Shown here piece after piece: positions 18,421 to 28,400 of a stretch of 64,000 bases of DNA (its first letter is position 1; every line of letters starts with the position of its first letter). The stretch spans positions 1 to 64,000 of the forward strand of contig JASFQK010000037.1 of the NCBI GenBank assembly GCA_050115495.1, read 5' to 3'. Made by a program: the position numbers and the translations under genes. The DNA is from Phycisphaerae bacterium. GTDB lineage: Bacteria; Planctomycetota; Phycisphaerae; UBA1845; Fen-1342. The notes below the pieces were generated by a model that was not told the origin of the DNA, did not search any database, and was given only the letters and a program-made list of their open reading frames with translations.

Positions 18421-19665
18421 TTATGCTTCGGTCGGGGCGTGGGGCAGGTCGAAGTAGATCATTGCCGTCGAGGGGACGACGGGATACTCGACGCGGCAGC
18501 GGTAGACGTCGAACGCCTGGTCATTCCACCCAAGGCGATCGAACACGTGGCGGGCCAATTCGGCGTAGCGGGGGAAGTCCTGCGTCTGGAGCACGGACGC
18601 CCCGCGTCCGAGATAGCTGACGGTCTCGCGCGTGGTTGGCAGGCTGCGTTGCCGCCACGGATCCTCACCGCGGCGTTCACAGAAGTGCTCAACACAGACG
18701 GCCGCGCCCGGCAAGTTCGCACCGAAAGTCCCCTCGTGCACCAGCAAATCCAGTACAACCGCTTCGCAGGGCGTCCGTACCTTCTGGCACGCATTGAACC
18801 GTGGGTCCTTCTCTCTCCAGTGGCGACAGCCGACTTCGCGTATCACATGCCCTTCGAAACAGGTAATTGCACTACACCGGCCAACACCTCTGCTGACGAA
18901 CTCCCCCTGGAACTCGTTCGAAGGCTCCTCGATCTCGCGAAACTCGGGCAGAGGCTCGCTGCAGAAGTCGGACAGCAGAGACATCCGATCAGCGCCAACA
19001 GCCGTGCCTAACGGCTCGCGGCAGACCTTCTGTATGCAGCCGGCAGGAGTAACAGCGCACGCCCGCGAGACGATCAGCGGGGCGTCGCCGCGCAGTTGGC
19101 GCAGGGAGATGATCCCCTCGACGCGGGCCATGTCGAACATTGTTGGGTTGGTTGCTGGCTGGACAGCCATGAACTTGAGCAGCGTCTTGGCCTGCATGCC
19201 CAGGATGTGCTTCAGCCCTCGAAAGACGAGGCGGCGATGTGCCAGGTCGATCTGCCTGGCCTCTTCGCCGTTCAGGAGCGAGCCGATCATGGAGTCAAAC
19301 GTCGCCCGGTCGCCAGCGTGCTTGTTGACCAGACGCTCGAGGTCGGCCGTGGCTTGCTCGGCGGCCTGGATGGTCCCGGCGTGCACGCCTTTGGCGGCAG
19401 CGGCCTCGAAGAACTTTTTGAGCACTGCAGGCGTCGGTACGTGCGGTGCGGCCGCGAGCGGATCGGCCGCCGTGGCCACCTTGTAGAGCCTCCAGCTCGC
19501 CGTCTTCTGAATGCGCAGGGCACGATGTAGATCGGCGCTATCGGTGACTGGGCCGGGAACCGCAGCGATCACATTGGCCAATCCAGCCCGTACGCGTCCT
19601 AGGACGGCGGCCGTCTCATCCTCAAACGATCCTCTTGCCCCGGCTTGTGGTTTTCGCTCAGCCAT
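18421..19665 (-). CDS. Uncharacterised protein with an N-terminal HTH-like region, probable transcription regulator
   Basis: Long clean ORF; SADLHRALRIQKTASWRLYK is HTH-like; no signal peptide; divergent from a secreted-protein operon; start may be 19707. Confidence 0.65.
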   Translation of the reverse strand: MAERKPQAGARGSFEDETAAVLGRVRAGLANVIAAVPGPVTDSADLHRALRIQKTASWRLYKVATAADPLAAAPHVPTPAVLKKFFEAAAAKGVHAGTIQAAEQATADLERLVNKHAGDRATFDSMIGSLLNGEEARQIDLAHRRLVFRGLKHILGMQAKTLLKFMAVQPATNPTMFDMARVEGIISLRQLRGDAPLIVSRACAVTPAGCIQKVCREPLGTAVGADRMSLLSDFCSEPLPEFREIEEPSNEFQGEFVSRGVGRCSAITCFEGHVIREVGCRHWREKDPRFNACQKVRTPCEAVVLDLLVHEGTFGANLPGAAVCVEHFCERRGEDPWRQRSLPTTRETVSYLGRGASVLQTQDFPRYAELARHVFDRLGWNDQAFDVYRCRVEYPVVPSTAMIYFDLPHAPTEA

Positions 19666-19681
19666 AACGCCTAGAATAAAC

Positions 19682-19754
19682 ATCTTCGCGTTCAAGTCAA
19701 TCTTCATGGGGTGGTATCTGCGAAGATTTACAGAAATCTTCCCACAAAGATTGA
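19682..19754. promoter_or_regulatory. Putative operator array: palindrome GAAGATTT-ACAG-AAATCTTC plus extra AAGAT/ATCTT half-sites
   Basis: Perfect 8-bp inverted repeat at 19722-19741; ATCTTC at 19682 and 19700; AAAGAT at 19746 overlapping the -35. Confidence 0.6.
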
Positions 19755-19779
19755 CACGAATTCACCGGCCTGTTACAGT
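19751..19779 (+). promoter_or_regulatory. sigma70-type promoter
   Basis: TTGACA-17 nt-TACAGT with an extended -10 TG. Confidence 0.75.
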
Positions 19780-19857
19780 AGCGGTTGCCGTGAGCGATCT
19801 CGAGGTGGAGCGGCTGGGTCTTGGCTCAGACGAACACGACGTAAAGGAGGTGGCAAG

Positions 19858-20064
19858 ATGAGGGAGAGGGCGAAGGTGGCCAGCGAGTATGCCGGCAGAG
19901 CACGCGGTCATCGACGGGCTGCTCACGGCGGCGGCCCCCGTGCCCGGAAGTGCCTGCGGAAGATATATCAGTTCTTCGAAGACGCGTGCTATGCGGAGTC
20001 ACGGATCACGCTCCCGCGAGTTCCATCAGTATCCGAGCTCCCAGGGTTCAAGGACATATGGTAG
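19858..20064 (+). CDS. 68-aa basic small protein leading the operon
   Basis: AAAGGAGGT RBS before ATG; stop directly followed by the AGGAGG RBS of the next gene. Confidence 0.5.
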   Translation: MRERAKVASEYAGRARGHRRAAHGGGPRARKCLRKIYQFFEDACYAESRITLPRVPSVSELPGFKDIW

Positions 20065-20078
20065 AGGAGGCGTAACAC

Positions 20079-22862
20079 ATGAATTGGAAGAGGTTCACTT
20101 TTGGATTGGGCGCCGTGCTGTTGTGTGCGAACATGATTGCATACAGCGCAGATCCCGCGAGCCCGACGGCGTCCGTTTCCACCGTGAGAGCGACGTTACC
20201 CAGGACTGCGGCGGTGATGCCTGCAACCACGTGGAAGGTCAGCTTCAAGACCGCAAGGAATCCAGTCCTGGCTGGTGGTGAAGCTCCCGTGACTGACGCA
20301 GTGAAGAAGAGCGACGTTACCCTCACGTTGGGCGGTTCGCGCGACGTGCCGGACAACGACACCTGCGAGAACGCGATCCCCGTCGCCACTTCGTATCCCA
20401 CCACGATCTGCGGAACAAACGTGGGTGCCACAGACGACTGCCCGGCGTACTTCGATGATTATGAAGGCGTCTGGTATGCGATCGAACTGCCGTACGAGTA
20501 CAACACTCTGGTGACCGACTACTGCGCGACCGACCTTGAGTGGCCGTGCGAGCTCGGAATCATCTGCTATGAAGACTGCAACGACTGCTCAGCCTTCATC
20601 GTCGGTGAAACTGATTGGCAGGATTGCGGCGACGGCAGTTGGAGCCCAAAGATCTGGTGGGAGGACCTGCCGGGGCCGACGACCGTGCTGCTTCCGATCT
20701 GGATCAACCCGGCCCAGGATTTCTGCATCACGGTCGACGTAACGGAGTCCTTCCCGTGCAGTGTCGATTGCCCGGAAGGAAGTGTTGCGGAAAGCGAGGC
20801 TTGCGGCGAGGACACCAACGGCGGCTGTGGCATGGATACGCCGGCGTTCGAGCCACTGACCTGCGGCGAGACAGTCTGCGGCACGGGCTGGGCCGAGGGG
20901 GGGGGGCGTGACACCGATTGGTACGAGATCACCATCGACGAACCAACCTTCATGACGTGGACGGTCGCGGGCGAATTCGAGAGTGGCGTGTGGGCCGGCC
21001 TGGTGGAAACGGAGATCCCCGGCGTGCCGGACTGTGATCTGTTGTCGGGAACACTCATAGACCATTGGGCGTATGACTGTGAAGAGTTCAGTATCACCTA
21101 TGCCGCACGTCCAGGCACCTACTGGTGGTTCGTTTGCCCTGTCGGTTACCAGAGGACGTCTTGCGACGCCCGGAATCAGTACGTTGCCACGATGAGGTGC
21201 CAGCCGTGGGAGATCCGCGGCGCCTGCTGTGACGAGGATACGGGCATTTGCAGGGACGGCGTCCTCATGCAGGATTGCCCTGAACCGATGCGTTTTACCG
21301 AGAACACGCTGTGTGCTGACTTGATGCCGCCGTGTGGCGGTTGCCCGGAGAGCACGATCGAGATCGAGATTCAGACCGATTATAACCCGTCTGAGACGAC
21401 ATGGGAGATTACGGATCACGACACCGGTGCGGTGATCTGCTCCGGCGGTCCCTACGAAACGCAGTTCTGGACGTACTTCGCGCACTGCTGCATCGGCGCG
21501 GACGACTGCTTCGACTTCACGATCTACGACTCCTATGGCGACGGCCACGGGACGATGGGTGGGTACGCCGTCCGTCTCGACGGCGTCGAGCTCATCAGCA
21601 CAATCGAAAGCGGCTGGTACGGCGCTGAGATCACCCACAGCGGCATCGGCGCCAACTGCGAAGCCGGCCGCTGCTGCTATGAGCCCTGGCCAAATTGCGC
21701 CGACGCGACACTGTTGGACTGTGTCAGCGTCTACGACGGCGTGTGGACCGAGGGGCTGACCTGTGAAACTGATCCGTGTCAGAATCCCGACATTCCCGAT
21801 TTCGAAGTCACTGCTCCGTATACGTCGCCCCAGCGAACCACTTGTGGTGGGATCGACCGTTGCCAGCCGGAAGGCAACCCCCTTGTCCACGAGGAACACG
21901 TTTATCTCGTCACGATTCCGAACGACGGCCTCTGGAGCTTCAACACGTGCCTGGAGACAACTTCGAGCACGTGGCTGTCGGTTGGTACGTCGATGTGCGA
22001 AACGGACATCGGTTGGAACGCGGGCGCCTGCGGCGAGTCTGCCGAACTCGTCGTGACCCTGGACGCCGGCGAGTACTTCGTCACCGTTGAAAACAGACTG
22101 CTGTGCGGAACGTACGTGCTCGACATTCACGAGGTCATCCCCTGCGACGTTGAGTGTCCGGCCGACGCTACGCGCGAATCCGAGCCGTGCGGTGAGAGCA
22201 TCAACAAGGGCTGCCACGGGCAGCCGGCTGTGTTCGAACCGATCGCTCTTAACCAGCCGATCTGTGGCACGCTCTGGGCTGCCAATATGGAAGCTGACAA
22301 TGACTGGTTCGAGTTCGTGGCTCCGGCAGATGACACGATAACGTGGTCGGTCCGGACGAACTTCGACGGCATCGTCGGCGTGGCCCACCAGATAGTGCCT
22401 GGCGAGCCAGGTTGCAGTAACCTCAGCGGTCTCGTCACTCCGAAAGTATGGACGTGGTCGGATTGCGAGGACGCGAGCGTATCATTCCCGGTCGTGGCTG
22501 GCGGCACCTACTACCTGTGCATCCTTCACCAGACGATGTACAACAATCCGTGCGGCACGACCAATGACTACGTCGCTACACTCACCGGCACCAACAACAT
22601 CTGCGGTGACCTCGATGGTGACGGCGATGTTGACCATGACGATTACATGATCTTCCTGGGCGCCTTCGGCACGTGCGTCGGCGAGGCCAACTACGTGGCC
22701 GAGGCGGACTTCGACGGTGACGGATGTATCACGCTCGTCGATTACCAATCGTGGGTGGTGTGTTACCGCGACACGAATCCGGGCGGTAAGTCCCCCATGC
22801 TCAATCCAAGCGCGAAGGGCAAGATCCGGAAGTTGCCCGTCGGAGACATCGAGCGACCGTAG
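20079..22862 (+). CDS. Secreted Cys/Asp-rich multidomain protein with duplicated PPC-like modules and a C-terminal dockerin-like domain
   Basis: Signal peptide; repeats PCSVDCP..ESEACGEDTNGGC..DTDWYEI and PCDVECP..ESEPCGESINKGC..DNDWFEF; GDLDGDGDVDHDD...ADFDGDGCITLVD. Confidence 0.85.
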   Translation: MNWKRFTFGLGAVLLCANMIAYSADPASPTASVSTVRATLPRTAAVMPATTWKVSFKTARNPVLAGGEAPVTDAVKKSDVTLTLGGSRDVPDNDTCENAIPVATSYPTTICGTNVGATDDCPAYFDDYEGVWYAIELPYEYNTLVTDYCATDLEWPCELGIICYEDCNDCSAFIVGETDWQDCGDGSWSPKIWWEDLPGPTTVLLPIWINPAQDFCITVDVTESFPCSVDCPEGSVAESEACGEDTNGGCGMDTPAFEPLTCGETVCGTGWAEGGGRDTDWYEITIDEPTFMTWTVAGEFESGVWAGLVETEIPGVPDCDLLSGTLIDHWAYDCEEFSITYAARPGTYWWFVCPVGYQRTSCDARNQYVATMRCQPWEIRGACCDEDTGICRDGVLMQDCPEPMRFTENTLCADLMPPCGGCPESTIEIEIQTDYNPSETTWEITDHDTGAVICSGGPYETQFWTYFAHCCIGADDCFDFTIYDSYGDGHGTMGGYAVRLDGVELISTIESGWYGAEITHSGIGANCEAGRCCYEPWPNCADATLLDCVSVYDGVWTEGLTCETDPCQNPDIPDFEVTAPYTSPQRTTCGGIDRCQPEGNPLVHEEHVYLVTIPNDGLWSFNTCLETTSSTWLSVGTSMCETDIGWNAGACGESAELVVTLDAGEYFVTVENRLLCGTYVLDIHEVIPCDVECPADATRESEPCGESINKGCHGQPAVFEPIALNQPICGTLWAANMEADNDWFEFVAPADDTITWSVRTNFDGIVGVAHQIVPGEPGCSNLSGLVTPKVWTWSDCEDASVSFPVVAGGTYYLCILHQTMYNNPCGTTNDYVATLTGTNNICGDLDGDGDVDHDDYMIFLGAFGTCVGEANYVAEADFDGDGCITLVDYQSWVVCYRDTNPGGKSPMLNPSAKGKIRKLPVGDIERP

Positions 22863-22868
22863 GCTGAA

Positions 22869-22921
22869 CGCGGGCGGGGGGCTGCCCGTCGGCCTCGTGC
22901 CGGCGGGCAGGTCCTCCCGCG
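22869..22921 (+). other. GC-rich intercistronic stem-loop
   Basis: CGCGGG..CTGCCCGTCGGC / GCCGGCGGGCAG..CCCGCG; no U-tract. Confidence 0.6.
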
Positions 22922-22981
22922 CTGTGCCGGTTCTGAGGAGTGTTTTGACTACTGCCGAAGGAATTCGGAGGAGGCTTTGAC

Positions 22982-23524
22982 ATGAGAAGACTGCTGTGTT
23001 CCCTGATCACGGTTGCGGCGCTGGCTGTGAGCGCATCCGCCGCCATCACGATCGACTTCGACCCGTGTGACGCGTACATCTACGGCATCGGCAACACGGT
23101 CGACGTGGACATCATTGCCGACATCCCCGAGGCCGACGCGATCCTCGGCTGGGGGATGGACGTCATCGTCGACGATCCGTCGATCGCCGACATCACGCAC
23201 GTGGCCATCAACGAAGTGCTGTTCGATGCGGCGTACGCACCGGACGGCGACGGGCTGGCCGCGCTGGTTCCCAACGCCGGGACCGTGTGGGGCGACGACA
23301 TCGTGCTCGCCACGCTGACGTTCACCGCGTACGACGGCTATGACATCTGGACGGAGATCTGGGGCTCGGACGACAACCCGAGCGACCTTATGGAAGGGTT
23401 CGCGCTGGACGGCGGCGGCTTCGCCGATGTGCAGTACCTGACCGGCTTCGTCAATGTCGAGATTCCCGAACCGGCGTCATTGGCGCTGCTGGCCCTGGCG
23501 GCGCTGGCGCTGCGTCGCCGGTAG
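22982..23524 (+). CDS. Cohesin-like PEP-CTERM protein
   Basis: Signal peptide; GNTVDVDI..ILGWGMDV..DDPSIADI...LATLTFTA cohesin-like pattern; IPEPASLALLALAALALRRR. Confidence 0.8.
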   Translation: MRRLLCSLITVAALAVSASAAITIDFDPCDAYIYGIGNTVDVDIIADIPEADAILGWGMDVIVDDPSIADITHVAINEVLFDAAYAPDGDGLAALVPNAGTVWGDDIVLATLTFTAYDGYDIWTEIWGSDDNPSDLMEGFALDGGGFADVQYLTGFVNVEIPEPASLALLALAALALRRR

Positions 23525-23660
23525 ACGAGCGACTCCTGACCCACTCTCAGAGCAGGGCTGCTCGCTTGCCGGGCAGTCCTGCTGCTTTGCGCGTCAGGCT
23601 CGCTGCACGCACGCTGTCTCCGGTCACCTGTCGCGCACCTGAACCGAGAGGAGCCGTGTT

Positions 23661-24377
23661 TCAGCGGTGGCGTAGGGCGACCAGTCCGCAGAGCAGCAAC
23701 TGGGACATGGCCGGCTCTGGCATCCAGCCGTAGGCGAGCCCATCCACATCCATGAACTCCCCCGGGGCTCCCCATTGGTTGTCGGACGCCAGCACGACAT
23801 TCAGGGGAATCCTCGTGCCGATCGGACCGGCATGGTAGGCCAACACGCCCTCGCACCAATAGTCGATCCCTTGGCCGTGCGGCCACGTGTCCGCGCAGAA
23901 GAACGCGTAGCCAGCACTCCATGAGTACCCCGTCGGCACGAATTCCGGGCCCTCACCGAGGTCGTCCAGCACAAGGATCTGGTGATCGGGCGTAAAGCGA
24001 AAGCCCGATGTCGGCAGCCCGTCTCGACCGCGACCCAGCAGGTCGTACGTCGTTCGCGGGGATACGTCGGAGAAGCTCACTTCGGCGTACAGGAATCCCC
24101 AGTCTATGTCAGAAGGGAAATACTCGGCGGGGCTAACCGCTTCGACGCGCTGCCCACTGGGCACATTCTCATCTGTGGAGAAGCGCAGGTGCTTCTGCCC
24201 CCAGGAGGGGTGTTCGTCCGAGATCTCCGGGGCCGTGACTCCTGTGCTGGTCCAGCCATGCTGTCCCGCAATCGGTCCCAGCGCGTAGTTCTCAAAACCG
24301 ACAAGCTGCGTGCGGACGCCAGCGGCGGTGACGCACAATGGCAGTGCCGCGCACGCGATAGCAATCCACCATTTCAT
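23661..24377 (-). CDS. PEP-CTERM protein (beta-sandwich)
   Basis: AAGGAG RBS, signal MKWWIAIACAALPL, FENYALGPIAGQHGW, MPEPAMSQLLLCGLVALRHR. Confidence 0.8.
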   Translation of the reverse strand: MKWWIAIACAALPLCVTAAGVRTQLVGFENYALGPIAGQHGWTSTGVTAPEISDEHPSWGQKHLRFSTDENVPSGQRVEAVSPAEYFPSDIDWGFLYAEVSFSDVSPRTTYDLLGRGRDGLPTSGFRFTPDHQILVLDDLGEGPEFVPTGYSWSAGYAFFCADTWPHGQGIDYWCEGVLAYHAGPIGTRIPLNVVLASDNQWGAPGEFMDVDGLAYGWMPEPAMSQLLLCGLVALRHR

Positions 24378-24637
24378 CGTAGCTCTCCTTGTCTGTTCAG
24401 CCGTGTGGAGCGAAAGGTCGCACGCGTCGTCGCACGTCGGATGTGTCCCGGAAGGTCGTGCGCGGTTTCGCTGCTGGTTCGTGCCAAAGCATTGTATGGC
24501 CCTGCCCTCGGCGTTTTCCTGCACCTCTTTCTGGGGGACGCGGGCGGAGTGAGGCTGCCGTGGCGGGGGTCAGACGGCCGACTTGCGGCTAAAATGGAGC
24601 CGCGGGGGGGGTGATTGGCCATAAGGAGGTGTCGCAA

Positions 24638-25357
24638 ATGCCGCGGATTCGCATGCACGGGCAGTGGTTTGGGCGATTTCATTTGCAGGTACTGGCGCTG
24701 TTACTGCTGTCGGCGGCGGCCGTGGCGCTGACGCCGCAAGCCAAGCCGAATCCCGATCCGGAACGCTTCGCCAACGAGATCCGCGCGTTCGAGCAGTGGG
24801 ACAGAAAGAACTCGGCGGTGGCGGACGCCGTGCTGTTCGCCGGCAGCTCCAGCATCCGCATGTGGCCCACGCACGAGGCCTTCCCCACGCTGCCGGTGAT
24901 CAACCGCGGGTTCGGCGGGGCGCACATCTCGGACGTGATCCACTTCGCCGATCGTGTCGTCCTGCCGTACAAGGCGAGGGTGATCGTGTTCTACGCCGGC
25001 GACAACGACATTGCGGACGGCAAGTCGCCCGAGCAGGTGCGCGACGACTTCAAGTCGTTCGTTCAGTTGGTGCGGACGGCTCAGCCGCAGGTGCTGATTA
25101 TCTACCTGCCAATCAAGCCCAGCGTGGCCCGCTGGTCGCACTGGCCGCAGATGCAGCAAGCCAACAAGCTGATTCGCGAACTGTGTGAGTCCGGCGAGTG
25201 CCTCACCTACATCGACGTGGCGACGCCGCTATTGGGGTCGGATGGGCAGCCGCGGGCGGATCTGCTGCTCGAAGACGGGCTGCACCTCAATGCCGAGGGC
25301 TATAAGGTGTGGACGCACATGCTGACGCCGATTCTGCGGCGGCTGATGCGCGACTAG
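24638..25357 (+). CDS. Secreted SGNH/GDSL hydrolase
   Basis: FAGSSSIRMW, NRGFGG, YAGDND, DGLHLN; AAGGAGGT RBS. Confidence 0.92.
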   Translation: MPRIRMHGQWFGRFHLQVLALLLLSAAAVALTPQAKPNPDPERFANEIRAFEQWDRKNSAVADAVLFAGSSSIRMWPTHEAFPTLPVINRGFGGAHISDVIHFADRVVLPYKARVIVFYAGDNDIADGKSPEQVRDDFKSFVQLVRTAQPQVLIIYLPIKPSVARWSHWPQMQQANKLIRELCESGECLTYIDVATPLLGSDGQPRADLLLEDGLHLNAEGYKVWTHMLTPILRRLMRD

Positions 25358-25390
25358 CGTTCACCAATCGTGGGCCGCGGGCGGGCCGGG

Positions 25391-25420
25391 GTCCTGACGC
25401 GTGTCGCCACGCGTCAGGAC
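25391..25420. terminator. Hairpin between convergent genes
   Basis: Perfect 13-bp stem GTCCTGACGCGTG-TCGC-CACGCGTCAGGAC. Confidence 0.6.
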
Positions 25421-25471
25421 TTGCCGCCGCTCTCCCACGATCGTTCGTCAGGGGGGAGTCACCATGCGTTT

Positions 25472-28400
25472 CTATTCGGGGCCGGTGTAGAAGCCACTGA
25501 GCAGGGTCATGTCGTCCTGATCAATGTCTCCGTCACCGTCGACGTCGACGCAGGTGCAGCCGCCGCCCACGCCGCCACCGTCGCCGCTGAAGCAGGACTG
25601 GAACGTCGCGAAGTCCAGCAGGTCCACGTCGCTGTCCTCGTCGCAAGAGTGCGGCAGCATCCCGAACTGGAGGTTGTCGACGACCAGCGAGGCACCGTCG
25701 CCCCAGGTGAACAGGCCGTTTTGCATCGAGAGCGTCACGGCGAAAGCGTCCATCCCGACCAGCGAGCCCGGTACGGGGCCGACCACCGTCTCGAAATCCT
25801 CCGCCAGGAGTGCCCCGCTCGGATCGGAAACGGCGACGTTGTCGAAGTACACGGTGGCGCCGGTGCCCCAGGTTGGCGTGCGATACCCGAAGACGATGAT
25901 AGTCGCGATGTAGGACGGGGCGCTTGTGTCGAACCCATCCTCGGCCGTGAAGGTGTTCAGCGTTCCACCCAGCGTGTGGAAGGTGCCGTCGACCGCGGGG
26001 CTGTCCCAGGAGATCCGGCGACCGTTCTGGTCTTCGAGCCGCAGGGTGATCATGCCCGCCGACTCGCCGGCGCCCGGATCCCAGACGCCCTTGCAGTCGG
26101 CCGTAAACGACACCTGGCTGAGATTGCTCATGTTGATCTCGATGCCGGGCCAGGCCACGCCGGCCCAGTACCAGCCGGGGGGCGACTGGATGCCGGTCAC
26201 GGTGAGCTTGCCGCCGCCGCCGCCGCCGACACCGCAGTCCGTGCAGCCCTCGACGGACGCCGTTTCGATCGAGGCGCCCCAGCCGAAGCCGGCGAACGCC
26301 GTCTCGCCTTCGATCCCGATGTCCCAGGAAGTAATCGTGGAGCCCCACTCGGGATAGAACTGGCCGCCCTCCGGTGGCCAGGTGGACTCGCCGTCGGCCA
26401 GCACGGCGCCGACGGACTGGAACGTGCCGTCCGCGGTGCCGGCGAAGCTGACGTGGCCGGCCTCCTTGAGCCGCGGGGCAGGGGACGGCGACAGGTAGAC
26501 GTCATCGACCGTCAACGTGCCACCCCAGTTGCCATACGCTGAAGAGGGCGGCCCTTCGCCGATGAACATGATGACCACGGCGTAGCTTAGATTCGTGTCG
26601 AGGTCGAAGACGCCGTTGCTGCCGTCCGCGAAGCCGCTGACCGTGTAGCCAGACAGCGGGCCGCCGATGGACTGATACGTGCCGTCGTAAACCTGGTCGA
26701 AGCCGATCCAGTCGCCGTCCGGGTCTTCGAGCCGCAGGATGTACTGGGCCGGTTCCTGGAGCCACGACTCGTTCCACGTGCCCTTGACCTTCGCGGAGAT
26801 GGTCACGTTGGCCAGGTTCGTGGAGGCCAGGATCTGGTCGCGCCAGGCAGCGCCGGCGTACCAGTAGCCGTAGTCCTCCGGCCAGACGTCCCGCACTTCG
26901 ATCTGCATGCAGCTACCGTTGTCGCCGTAGCCGCCGGTCGTGAGCCCGCGCACCCACACGCCGCCCGTGGCTGTCACCGTGGCGTCCACGGCGTGGAAGA
27001 AGGCCTCTTCGTTGTCAATCTGCGAGTTCCAGTCCTCGAACGTGACATCGGTCTCATCTGTGGCGGCGATCTGTACTTCCGTGTCGGTGGTAATCGCCGC
27101 GAAGTCCTCGTCGACGTTCGGAATCGCCACGTACCCTTGCAGGCGGAGTTCGTACTTCGCACCGACGACGTTGCCCTGCACGTCAGCCGACATCGTCACG
27201 TACCGCGGGTCCAGCGTGCTCATCGGGGGCAGATCCCAGACCAGTGCTCCCGAGAAGTCGCTGCCGTCGGGGCGGTCGTTCGTCAGCACGAGATTGTCGA
27301 TGATCAGAGAGCCGCCGGTTCCCCAGGTCGGCGCCCGAGTCGGGTCGAAGAGCAGCATGACCCTGAAGGTTTCCGAATCGAAGTCGAACACGCCGGTCGC
27401 AGGGACGTCCGACGAGTTCTTCTCGATGGCCTGATCCAGCGTGCCGCCGATGGCTTGCCAGGTGCCGTCGGCAACGACCGGTGATTCGAAGACGAGCCGA
27501 TCGCCGTCGGCATCCTCGACGCGGAGCTGGTAGTGGCCGTAGATCTCGCCCTCCGCCGTGTTGGCATCGCCCTTGATGTCGGCGGTGAGGCTGTACTCGC
27601 TGCGGTCGAAGGCCGGCGGTCCGGAAATCACCTGGAAGGACACCGTGTCGAAGAAGACCGCGCCGCCGTCAGAGCCGGGATGGACCAACTGCAAGGCCGC
27701 CCGCACGGTCAGCGTGCCCGCCGGGGCCGTGAGCTGGATCGGCGTGTTGTCAATCCACGTGTCCAGCGGCGACGAACCGTCGAGCACCGTGGCAGCGGTC
27801 GTCGCCAGGGGCTCCTCGCTGATGCCGTCGTAGAACTCGATCCGCATCTCCGCGTAGTTGGAAGTGCCGTCGATTCCGTCGGCGGCGTGATGCGAGGACC
27901 AGCAGTCGAGTTGCCAGGTCTGCCCCGGCTCGGCGCGCAGTTCCTGAGCGACGCCCGCGGAGTTCATCCCGGAGGCGCGACCCCAGACCTTCAAGTCCTG
28001 TGAACCTGCCTGCGGATCGGTCGTGACGATGAGTACGCTCGGATAGGAGCCGCTCGTATCACACCAAACGTCCCAGCCGGCGATGGTGTCCCACAAGCCC
28101 AACTCGAAACCCGGATTCTGCAGAACTCCCGAGCCACCGGGCCACACCGGAATAGACCACGCCAATCCGGCGTACCAGTTTCCGCCGTTCAGGGTGACGT
28201 CCGTGACAGCGATCTGGCCGCCGCCGGTTCCGCCGAGGCCGCCGTTGGTCAGGCCCTGGGCGGAGGCGTCGCCGTTGAGCACGGCGCCGCTGCGCATGTA
28301 GCAGAACGCCGACTCATCCTCGATGCCGTCGTCCCAGTCGGACGTTGTCGCGCTGAGGTTGGGCGTGTATCCGTCTCCGACGAGGAAGGCGCCGCCGCCG

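Noticed and set aside
20896..20906. Poly-G run in the 927-aa gene as a phase-variation tract
   Set aside because: In frame (EGGG) and plausible by chance in high-GC DNA; no evidence of slippage without reads
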